A stretch of 64,000 bases of DNA from assembly GCA_965112155.1 (NCBI GenBank), contig OZ218101.1. One strand, 5' to 3'. The position numbers and the translations under genes are program-made. The notes beneath the pieces are model-generated. The model was not told the DNA's origin. It saw only the letters and a list, made by a program, of their open reading frames with translations, and ran no database searches. Below are positions 28,915 to 40,827 of the stretch, in pieces. Source of the stretch: Podarcis liolepis (Eukaryota). Each line of letters starts with the position of its first letter. The stretch's first letter is position 1.

Positions 28915-29769
28915 TAGTTGGAAAGCTCCTGCCACTACAGTTTCCCACAGGAAAATACATGAGGGTTTCCAACAGGTGTTCTACTGTAGGTTAGGGGCAC
29001 AGCCCACCACCGAAATGCTGCGACGCTTTGCATTCCTGGTACTTAATGTGCATGTCAGTAAACTAGTAACACACTCCATCCTGTGTCAGTTTGGCATGCA
29101 TGCTCACACAATTGCCTTGCTTCTCTATAGTAAAAACTTCATTGAAACTGCCTTGATTGAAGCTTCTGTTGGGATGAAAGTCACATCACAGTGACTAACA
29201 AGATCCTCTGATCAGTCCCTTTATCTAATCAACATGACTAATCACAGTGATAGGTCTGAGTTCTTGCAAATTTAGTTGAGGCTATAAGTGAGTTACTAAT
29301 GTGCGTGGAGCAGAACAATATGAACAATTACAGCCTTCCATAGTTCTGCTGAAGCAGTTTCCATTGTCAAACTGAATAATAATAATATGGTTAAACTGAA
29401 TAATCTCCCATATGTGTAAACATAATTTATTTGAACTGTGACCGGTATCAATATAATAGTAATACTTTCCATGTATTGCTCTCAACATAATTTGTCACTT
29501 AATAAAACATCTGCACAGATATTGATAATACATTTTTAGAACGAGTCCATAGATTGATGCTGTTGGTGGTGTTTAATATTTAGTGCTCTCAGAGCAAAAT
29601 AATTGAAAAAAATCCATAATATATAGTACTACTTGCCTTGTTTTATAAATATTAAAAGCATTTATTCCATAAGGGCTAAGTTATATTTGGAGGAAATGTA
29701 AAGTGGTTTCTAGTTTGCCTTAATAGATATCATTACACTGCAGTCTAATTAAATTCAATGTGATTAGAG

Positions 29770-30430
29770 CTTCTTCAAGAGCAGCCCCATATCCAGCCCA
29801 TTGCAGTAGTTTAAGTAGGAGGTCGCTTGAGCATGGACAACTGGGACCAGGCTATTCTAGTCCAGGAACAACTGTAGATGGCAGTTTATCCTAAAATGGG
29901 CATAATTCTCCTGGCCACAGAAGCCACTTGAGACCCCAGTTCCAAGATGGGATTCACGTGCCAAACCACTTGCACCATGAGGCTTTCCTCCCTCTCCCTT
30001 TCCATTATTGGCTCCAGGAAGTGGTGGTCATGAGAACCCTCAGAACGGTGTGCAGGGGCAGGGGAGGGAATTGTTCTATCTGGTAATCTGATATACTTGA
30101 ACGGATGGAACATTTGTAATATTGTGACATTGAATTCTACTCCATTAGTACTTCCAGTGCTCAAAATTTCTTTTTGAGGGAGAGTGCAATCCCTCCCAGA
30201 CCCGATGATGTACCTAATTCCCAGACACAGGAACCACCTACCATAGCACCTCCCTCATAACCAGTATTCAACCTCAGTTTACTGGCCCCCATCCAGCTCT
30301 TCACTGCTTTCAGACACCGATCCAACACCTTCACAGCCTGTCCTGATTCAGATGGAATAGATAGAGCTGCATGTCATCAGCATACAAATGGTACTTTGCC
30401 CTCATCCCTGCATGACAGCTCCCAGTGGTG
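29770..30430 (-). mobile_element. Decayed L2 reverse-transcriptase fragment, interrupted
   Basis: Minus strand encodes YADDMQL (gtcatcagcata at 30373-30384) and downstream LNYCN and QVASVAR remnants. Confidence 0.75.
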
Positions 30431-32764
30431 GGTGAATAAAAATCTAAAAAACAACACATCCATAAAAATAGGTGAAGCAGATCCTACCTCATGGCTAAGA
30501 AGGGAGAATTAGAGATTCGACAGTAGTTTTTTTAAATCCCTGGATCCAGGGAGGGCTTTTTCAAGACATGCCTTTCCATAAGCCCTTTCCAGGAAGTGGG
30601 GATAACTCCCTTCTATAAAGACGCAACCACTCCCTGCATCAGTCAAGTCAGTCCACTCCTACCATATTTTATTAGCCTTGATGGGCAAGGATTGAGACGG
30701 CATATAGTCACCCTCACTTTCAGGCTCCTATCCATGTCATCAGGCTGCGACAACTGAAACTGATCACACAAACTGAAACTAAACCATGATCCTGGGATCT
30801 CCAATGGGACTAGAATAAGCGTGACTACAGTGTGCTGTATTGGCACAATAATAGCCAATGTCTGTTACTAGATTGTAAGATCAGTTGTAATATTGTGAAG
30901 CATTCAAACAACTTGAATCTAGTGGTGGTAATCTCACTAGAGGGTTTGAGTGTTGCAAACGACATAGATCATAACAGTTTCCAGCCTTACATTTAGTTTT
31001 TGCTGTGTGTGGCATGTGCCATTTTAGAAGCTATATCCCACTTCTTTCTCACGCAGGTTGTTGCTTTACTTGCATGCATAATTTGAAAATAAAGTGTCTT
31101 GTTTGTTCAGAACTACTGGTTTTACTCAGTGCAGATTGAGTAAAACTTGTACAAATAATGGACTAAGTTTTCTCTAACTGTGTGATATCCCCACCATTTT
31201 TAGAAGTAAGAACCCTACCGCATGCTTTAGTCCCGTTCATTTCAATTCGCCATGGGAATGCTTCATTTTCTCTGGATTTTGATCTGAATCCTTCGAGTCA
31301 GTCCATCCTGAGTTTAAGCTGCATTGATTTAAAATGTTTAACTTTTGCCCAGTTGCTATCCACAGTGTTTTGTATTATCACTGCATTTTTAGAAATCTTC
31401 CAACTTCTAGAGGACAGAAGTAGGAATTGATATAAATGCCTTCTGATCATAGTACTTAAATTGAACTCCTGGTGTTCTGGGTTTTCTGTGGTGAAGAGAA
31501 ATGAGTGTCTGTGTTTACTTGCACTGGAAAATGATTTATTAAACTTCAGGGAAAAATATATTATGTGATTATCTTAAAAACTATTGCAGTTAGGTGAGAA
31601 TTTGGGACATTTTGTGTATTCCATGGATCACCACTCTTTGTGCCCTTGCACACAGAGCACCTTTGTCCAGTGGCACAGCAGACCTGGAGCAGCAGGGGAG
31701 GAGTCAACCTCTCATGGCACCCTTGAAAGATCCCATGGTTCTCATGAGGGGCTGATCCACTGAGTGCTTAAAAGCCTCAACTGCACAGCAGTCAGGGTCA
31801 TTATCTTGTAGAAGAGTTTTGTTTTTAAGTCACTGAATGTTCTACATGAGTGGTTTTCAGACTTACCACATCCAGGGAACCATTTCTGTTAATTTATGAG
31901 CTCAAGGATCTTTGTAAAATTCCTGTTGTTTTGAATGATTCAGGATGCATGTTCTAGGGAACACTTTCAGTACTCGTGGGTGCCCTCTATATCGGTCCTG
32001 AATTAAGAGTGCACCAGGACTTTCAACACCCATAAACACACACCATGCAGTCTAAGGAAAGATCAATAATGGCAGAGAAGCTGTTTTGGGGGCATCTTGT
32101 CAGAATAGTTGAACGCTACCCTGCTTGGATCACAAAACCCTTCTAGAGATTTTGTGAGTACTCAGTGGACACACAAAACTCAGTGTGTTTGTATTTTCTC
32201 TCCTTGTCTTGCAGCCCCCCTCAAGGAAAACGAGGGGGGGTTGTATCTGTTAGCAATAGGGAGTACTGCCCCCCATCCATTCATCTTGAGGAAAAAGCTA
32301 CATGAAATGTGCCTCTCTGGCTTGACGTAATGCTGCATGTCTCATTTATAACTGGGAAATGGAGGCTTGTAGTCCAGCCCATGATTCCTCAGTGAGGAAT
32401 AACACTGTGTTATTTGATCCAGATTATGTCCTCTTCTAGACTTTTAAGGCTCACTGAGAAAGTCTGGTGTTGTCCCATCACAAGTTCAAAACACCCAGCA
32501 CACTCAAAGGGCCTTAGAGCACTCCCATATTATTACCATAGTAGCTCACTGAGCTGTTGTCTGTGCAAATAACTTGTTCCACTTGAAGCCTTCTATATGT
32601 TGCCAGGACTGTAGCATTGAAAAAGAGAAATATTTTACTTCCTGGAAAATATAAATACAGTATAGAGAACTAACACAGAGTGCATAGCTTAATAATCTTG
32701 CTTTTGCGAAAGGAGAGATGATAGCCAGTAAGGATTGTATTCTTTATCATCTCTTTTATTTTAA

Positions 32765-32866
<102 letters not shown>

Positions 32867-35507
32867 TGAAGATGATGGTGTATCAGCAACACATGTTAAA
32901 ATGTGTTGTTTTACTGGTTTTAGTAGCTTTTGCATGAGAGATTTAAAAAAGACTCTGTAATTTTTGTGTATTTAAAAAATTAGTGTGGAAGTGAAATGTG
33001 TGTAAGACTACCAGTTTCTCATAATATTTACTAATACCAAATTTAGGTGGTTGAAAGCCTATTGGTTTGGAAACAAAGCAGAGCCACAAAAAATAAGGTA
33101 GTGGTTTCTCTATACTTAATGGCCTGCATAGATACACAGAAGTGTAAATTAAAGGCTAGGGCTGTAAATAGCCCTCTCAAGGATCTGTGAGCTTCAAGAA
33201 CATACAGAATGTTGAAGTTTCAGCCGAGTGAGTGAAGTGGGAAGAAGAGGGAATTAGTCTGATCCTTATCCTAGATTAGGGGTGGGGTGGATGCATCCCA
33301 TAAAAAACTGTAAAATGCTCACGTATGTGGCTGAGAGCCATCCCATCTCTTACTATGTTGCTCAGTGGGTTGTCCATTTGCTTTTCTCACCCCTTGAAAC
33401 TCTCTCCATGAGGCCTGAGGTACAGGACTCCTATTTCAGCTGTCTGGAATGCTAAGCAAGAAACCTGTGTATCAAACAGGTATCTCTTTGGAGTTAACAC
33501 AGGTTAAACCATTTCCTCTCTCTTTTGGTCATTTACACATTGCTTTAATATAGCATGAGTTCAATACATTTACTCACATTTAATATTCTATAATTTAGAA
33601 TATTTTATTCTGAAGTGCTTTATTTATATTCACATAATTTTAAACTGCACTTTCATATCAGTCTCAGTCAGTTTTATTGCACATAGCCAAAGGCTGCCGC
33701 AATGTACACAGAATGTGCACTTTCATATGAAAATATCACAAGGCAGTATAAGAACTGAAAAGACAGTGTCACACTGAAAATAATTAAAACATCAAACACA
33801 TTAGTAAGAGCTTAGGTTGAAAGTGTGTCTGAAGAGAGTTTTTAGAAGACATCTAAAAACAAGGTATGGCTCCTGCTGAAGCCTCTATTGACAAGGAGAT
33901 CCAAAGGGCATAGTCTGCCACATAAAAAGCTCGGCACTTGTTAAAGGCGAGCCCAACCTAAGGGGCATGGAGGTTTACCAAATGTGCCCCATAGGAACAC
34001 AACAGTGATCAAGACAGATCATAATTACAGTAAAACTGTACAGGGAAAGTAATATTTGTAGGAATTGCTATCCTTAAGAGTAATTCTGAAGCATCATAGG
34101 ATGAGACTGCCATAGGACAGCTTTCATAGCTACACAGGCTGGGCAATTTTTGTTGGGTTCACGGTTGGGAATGGAAGGATTAAGCACTCTTCCCATGCAC
34201 TGTGGTCCCCTTCCTGCCTCTTAAACCCCTCCCCCCCGTGTGTCACATGTAGTTTTTTCCTGTAGGGGTTTCTTTACACAGTCTAAATGGTGCAAAAACC
34301 TAGATTAGGAAGGGTATGGGATAGATTCTGGGATTGTCACTCATTGCACCCCAATTGGCAATATGAGAAAGACTGTGCTGCTGTTTGGGATGGAGGGCAC
34401 CTTTCTGGATGAGAAGTAGAGTATCAGATGGACACTAGTTGTGGGGGGGGGGATTTCCCTGATTGCTGCTATTTGACCTGTTTATTGAGCATTCTATTCT
34501 GATTTGTTTGTGGGAAGGTTTAAAACATCACATCAAGCAATTGTTACTCCATACTTTCCAGTTTATTTAACCATCACTTTGCTTACTGCAAAAAGTCTAA
34601 CTTGCGGGGCTGGGGGATAGGTTTGCCATAAAGTGATTGAATCCCACCTGCACAATAGCAACTGTCTTGAAGTGCCCTCTTTATTAGAAGCTGTTAGTAG
34701 GAGGATTCCTCCTGAAGGTGAGAAAGGCAAGCGAAATATGTTTTAAGTGGTCTTTGAACTTTTCTCTGGTCTGCTGAGTCAAGTTGAGATTCAGCTCTAT
34801 GGGAAATTGCAGTGGTAGGATATACATGCCACAGCAGTGTGAGAAATTCTGTCTTAGTAAGTTGGAGACTAATACTTTAATTCTTTACAAAGAGAGTTGG
34901 GCAAGATTATTTAGATAACATTGCAGGAATGTAAGGTACTTGTCTTTAACATCTAATGTAAAGAACATTGGATTGGCTATGAGTGCTGTGAACTTAACTA
35001 TAGTTATCTGTTAAGGGATGTAAAATCCAAACAGGTAAACTTGTGAAGCTAATTTAGCATAGTTTTTCTTACCATTCTGCAAGGTTGATGTTCAGTGTTT
35101 TGCAGAACATATCAAAACTGAGGAAAGCAACACCAAAAATCAGTTATGTCTGGCAAAGGAGTATAGCCAGGACACACAATAAAGGAGTCACAGCTGCACT
35201 TTTTGAAGGACAAAGCCTGTTAGCCCACAGGACTAGAGAAGCAGGCTGGGAAAAAGAGGTGCATGTTTGGGCCCCACCAACACCAAGCTCACCTTTTGCA
35301 TGCCTGGTATTAACTTTCAAGTTAGATGCAAAAGTGGAGAAGCTTACAGGTCTAAGCCCCACACCCACACTACACATTCCCTAAAGCAGCTTCCAGGTAC
35401 TCAACAACAGCTACCAGTCTACAGATTCAACTGGGGCTAAAGGGATTGCCTGACTAGTCCTTGCTCTGTGGAACAACATATGTGTCAAATGTAGGACCTG
35501 TTCTATG

Positions 35508-35637
35508 AAGAACATAGGAAGTCCTTCGGCTGTTGGCCCAAGTAGTACAATAGCTCTCCAGGGTTTCTTGCAAGGTTCTCTCTCCCAGTCCTACCTGGAG
35601 ATGCCAAGGATATACTGTACCACTGAGTTATGGCCCA
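35508..35637 (-). mobile_element. Squam3-like SINE, internally deleted
   Basis: Reverse complement of the head (ccactgagttatggccc), cctacctggagatgcc, and tail (aacataggaag). Confidence 0.65.
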
Positions 35638-38600
35638 CTAGAAAAGGTGGGGGAAAGTCTCCCACATTGCGCACTTGAAAGCATATGCAGTCTCCAAGGA
35701 CCAAACTAGATGTATATTAAATGCCTGTTTGCACTTACATGTACAACCCTTTCGTTCCCTGATGTGGTCTGACAAGATATTGCTCCTTTGAAGCTGTTAT
35801 TTACAGCTGAAGAAAGCCCTCTATTGGGTATTGCTTCAGAGTTGATTTAGTAAGCAGCAGCTGCCTCGGGGCTATGTTCATTTGTGCTCTTTATAGTATT
35901 GGGAGAGGGGAATGTCTTTAAGGCTGTTGGGAGGACTGCAACAAGACCCAAGAGGGATAGTAATGGTCGGTAGCTGCAACATGTAGTCTGTAGAGGTTGG
36001 TGAGCATCAGTGAGAGAGAGCTGCCACCTGTGCACTCATCCGTGTTCCTCCTTGAACTACTTTATGTTTTGGGGAGGTTGGGAGAGACTCATCACTAAAG
36101 CTACAATTTTTCCTACGCTGAATGGAGCAGTAGTATAAAGCTTTGCTCAGCACCTGCTTGTTCTGCTCCATGTGGCCAGGCTGCTCTCCTGAATTGCAAA
36201 AGGGTACATTAGGTTCTGAGTAGCCATACAATTATTGAAGAGGAGTGCCTGGCATTTATCAGTGTTTGAAGGCTGATAACCTCTAGCCAATCCCCTTTCT
36301 GAAGAATGCATGTTTTTGGTGTCCTGTGTGGAACCATTGCTGCTAGCTGATGAGCCAGGAAGCATTGATTATGCCACACAATTGAACTAAATTATTGTTG
36401 ACAATATTGCAGACATGGGGAGATATATGCTGCAGTCTCTCTCTTCCCACCACCTTTGCTTATCTATGTGGGATGTATTCTTGTATCCCCAGCTGGCGTA
36501 ATAGAGCAGAAGTTCCTGCTGTGGAAGGGAGATGATCCTGCAGCAGAGTACTTGTAAGGGGTCTGAGATAAGTGGCATTAATAGTGTGTTCTTCCTCTAT
36601 TTGTTTTGAAACCAGGCTGTTTGTATAAAGTGTAGTATTTTATCATAGAGCCAATCACCAAAGTTCCCTCCAAGGGTATATGACATGAAACTAGATGTGA
36701 TACCAAGTGTCTGGTCATCTGAGCTGTGGAATCTGTTTTTAAGGATTTATATTATGTTGTGGATTTGTTGTGATTGAGTGCAGAGTTGGTTGCAATTCTA
36801 TACACTATTGTGATGGTGTGGACAAAGCAGAAGGAAGTGAAGGGGCAATGTATTTTGGCTCTGCCTTGCTCTCAGTAGAAGTTTTGCTTTGCTTCTTTTG
36901 ACTTCCACCTGCCTTGAATATAGCCCATTTCCATCCCCCAAGGCAGTACAATTGAAGTGAAGCAGTACTGGGGAGAAGCTGCTGTAGCACCAGGTCCCTG
37001 CAGTAGTATTAACTTGAAGATCCATTGGCCATGAGGCCAATAGGCCCCTAAGTCAGTACTCTTGTTTATAATGGCAGTGAGGTTATTCTTACAATAAATC
37101 ATTTCTGTTTTGCTGCCAAGGGAATGATATCAGTTTAGAGACAAATGCTAAGGATTAATTCCAATGCCAATTTTGCACTACAAATAGTTTGATACCTTGT
37201 ATAGCCATACTATAGGTTTTCGGAATTGCACACAATTGCAAACTGTGCATCAGTTTGTATATGCTGAATGTGGCGTAATGGTTGAGAGTGTAAGCTTTCA
37301 GTTGGAATTAGCTAGCTGATTCTTGTTAGCATGCAAGAGGTCATAGTAGATATTTGAATTTTTCTTGCAGTTCCAGATATGCAGTTGAATGAATTGGAAG
37401 ATTTTATACACTTGAATTAGTTAAAGTTCTGCCTAATTATAAAATAATTCCCATGTAATACATAGCCAAGATATATTCTGTCAATTGTGTATAATTTAGT
37501 TTAATGCAGTAATAGTATGCAACAATACAAAAATTAGTTTTTCTGCTTATTACTATGAATTAATGATGGTGTGGCAGTGCAAACAACCTCCAAGTATACA
37601 AATTAATATTAGAAAATTTATGAATCTTGCATTGATATAACAATGTTATAGCTAATTCAGACTTCAGTTTACTATGAAACAATGCAATCTTGCAGCAACA
37701 ACAGTTGAAGAAACAGTCATCAGAATATTTGCTGAACTCAGTGGACTTTGGGCTACAATCTGTATTTGCTGGAATATTTCCTGCCTGCCCTTATTTAATT
37801 AAATAAAACTGCATGCATTGCATGCTGGATTGTTCACTGATCACCCTTTTGTTCAACCAAGTAAAACAACTGAAGGTGAGATCCAACTAAATCATTCTCA
37901 GAGTAGACCGATGGAAAGCAAAGGACTTAAGATACTTAACACTTATTACAGTGGATTGATTAGTCTGAGTATGACTAATATTGGATATCAACCTGAATCG
38001 GGGTGGGGAACTCCAGGCCTGGGGACTGAATGTGGTCCTGCAGGCCTCTTTTCTGATACCATAAGTTGCCATGAGCCATAGGTCACATTTCTAATTAAAA
38101 TACGTTGTTTTAAAAAATAAAGAAGTTTCTAGAGGAGAAACATGGTAGCAAGAACTGCTGCAGAATACATTCTGATAGGTTCATAAGGAGTTGCAGTTCC
38201 TTCAAGGAGTTCAGAACTAGGATACACGGAGTTATCCATTTACTGTAACTTTAGAGCCCCTTTCCACCTTTGTTTTCACTCTTCCCCAGCAACTTGTTTT
38301 GTCCATACAAAATACTTTATGTTTCCTAGTCCCACTAAAATGGCTATTTTTGTAGTCCAATTACTCAAGGGTCTTATTGCTCAAAGGGAATTTCCATTAG
38401 AGGTTTTCCTTAATGGAACAAACTAGGCCTAGTTGTAGATGTAAGCCTAGTCTTGTAAAGGAATAAACCATGACAGCTCTAGATATGAATGATCACAGTT
38501 CAGAAAAAGCATCATTCTGCATTTGGTAAGTAGAGCAGAGTCATCCATTCTTCTGTGCCAAGTTCAAGCAGAAGTGCCGGTGTGTGAGGGTGATTTGAGG

Positions 38601-38947
38601 GGGCGGGGAGCAGTGGTTGCACATGTGATATCAGGATGTTGGGAGTATCTGTGGGTGGAACTGAATGTGGCAGCTGCGTGGCTACACGGCTCCTTCTCCG
38701 CCTCTTCCTGGTGCTGCCACTGGCGGAAGGTTGCTTAAACCCTCCTTCCTGCCCTTGGCAGGAGGAGGAGAAGGAGCTGGCCACTGGAGCATTGCCACAC
38801 TCAGCTCTGCGCTTCGCCTCTGTATTTTTTTGGACATGGGAGGCAGGCCCCCATCCCCAAAATATTCAGGGGCTTAGCCCCCAGGAGCTGGTGGGGGGGC
38901 TAAGTTCAAGTAACCTTAGTTTATAGATACCTATTACTATAGCACAT

Positions 38948-38992
38948 ACACACACACACACACATTTTGTGTGTGTGTGTGTGTGTGTGTGT
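38948..38992. repeat. (CA)n-TTT-(TG)n inverted microsatellite
   Basis: Directly visible. Confidence 0.95.
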
Positions 38993-39288
38993 CAGTGTTC
39001 TCTCATCACATCTTAGTAAACAGTTTGATTCTCTCAGTGCTGGTGGTACTGGCACAAGGGAAAGAACAGTATAAAATAATGAATACCGAACAGATGGGTG
39101 ACCTAGTCATCCTTGCATCATTATCATTATTATGAAATTTACATTCTGTCTCAGAGGTCCACCTTTAGTTATTATAGTGAAGAATGTAATTCTCCACTAG
39201 CTCAGCAGCTCAGGGCAGTCTGTAATGACTTGTACTAAAACAGAAAGGTGGATATGTTGGTCTGTAAGAAAAACAAACAAAAATCCAC

Positions 39289-39349
39289 AAACGCAGTTGG
39301 TTAGTAGGGCTAACCAAAACGCAGTTGGTTAGTAGGGCTAACCAAAACG
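39289..39349. repeat. Perfect 28-bp tandem duplication
   Basis: aaacgcagttggttagtagggctaacca occurs twice, followed by a partial unit. Confidence 0.93.
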
Positions 39350-39599
39350 TCACAAAATTGAGACAAGCTTTCAAGCTCTCCAGCACTCTGCTTCAGGCAA
39401 AATGCTACAGAAAGTGCAGGGTGTTAGCAGGAGGAAAAATAAAATCAAAATGTCCAAAATTTACGATGAATGTTGTAGCTTGTTTTGCCTAGTTACCGGG
39501 GAGTAACTATAGGTTACAATGTATCAAAATAAAACAACTAGTTCTACATCTCCATTGATGCTGTCTATTTAGTGCTTTTCAAACAGCAGTCATATAAAC

Positions 39600-40827
39600 C
39601 AGTGTTTCCCAACCTTTTTTGGGCAAAGGCACACTTGTTTCATGAAAAAAATCTCGAGGCACACCACCATGCCAGATGGGGAAAGGTCACTTTTTACTTA
39701 TGTAAAAAAAAAAAAAAAATAGTAACAGCATAGAAGGTAATGGTTAGGCTAGCATCCCTCTTCCAAATATGCTAGGTTTTTATTTGCAGGGACTGTTCTA
39801 CATGGGAAAGCATTCAGCACTGTCATTCTCCCATCTGCCATCTGAATTGGTACTATTCTGGGTCAACTTACTCTGCTGCATGTGTAGATGAAAATGGCAC
39901 CAAGTGTGGGGGAGGGGGCAGAACAGGTTTCAGATACAGGATATTAAGCATACACGTACTTCAGATTGAACTGGTTGCTTGCTTTGCAAGTTTTCATTCC
40001 CAAATGACTGCCTTGGCAAGTGCAATACCTACCAGGCTCAACGCCGGTCTCGCGCTGCCGCTTCCCGCGCTCTCAAGGACCCGGGAGGAGGAAGGCGTGA
40101 AGGCAATCCCGAAGGCGCGAAAATGTTATCAATTGCTTCTTCTTGTACAACTGCAGCCAGATCCTACCCGTATTTACTCTGGAGTAAGCCCTAGTTTGTT
40201 CACGGGGTTTTGCTCCCGCGTAAGTGTGCACGAGGGATGGCAGCCTTAAATATCGGGGAGACGCAGGAGTCGCCTGCGCTGCTGTAATTCCCCCTCCTTT
40301 TGGGGAGGGAGGTGCTGGGCTACTGTGTTTACTTGGAAGTCCCACGGAAGTTAATGCATTATTAGGCTACTACTGGCTTAAGCCGGTGCCCGCCTTCATC
40401 CCTAGGCGAGAGGCACAGAGTTCTGTTCCGCCCGGGCGCTGCCTCTTTAAACGAGCGTGTGGTTGAAGAAGGCGCTTGCCCAGCTCCCCTCTGCGCCTCG
40501 GAGGGCGGGTTTGAGCACGCGCAATGCGCCGCCCTCCCGCCCTGCGCCGCCGCCGTCTCGCGCTCCTCCCTTTTGCGCGCGCTGCCCCGCCGCCGCCCCA
40601 TTGGCCGGGTCCTGTCAGCTGATCCTGTGTTATTTCCTGTGTGTGAGGGGAGAATCGAGAGAGAAACCTCGGCACCACCACCGCGGAGCCGCCCCTGGCT
40701 CGACGAGGATCCTCGCCGCAGCTGCCCCGCCACTCGCCGCCCGGCTCGCCCGCCTCCCTCCCACGGCACACCAGGCAACGTCTCGTGGCACACTAGTGTG
40801 CCGCGGAACACCGGTTGGGAAACACTG
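39600..40827. mobile_element. Non-autonomous hAT (Charlie-like) element, 1228 bp, with CpG-island-like cargo
   Basis: Perfect 15-bp TIRs CAGTGTTTCCCAACC; perfect 8-bp TSD atataaac (39592-39599 and 40828-40835); subterminal GGCACAC motifs; no transposase ORF. Confidence 0.93.
40040..40780. promoter_or_regulatory. CpG-island/promoter-like segment inside the hAT element
   Basis: Dense non-repetitive CpG sequence with GC boxes (40503, 40529, 40537), reverse CCAAT (40600), CGGAAGT (40345) and E-box CAGCTG (40616). Promoter function is inferred only. Confidence 0.45.
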
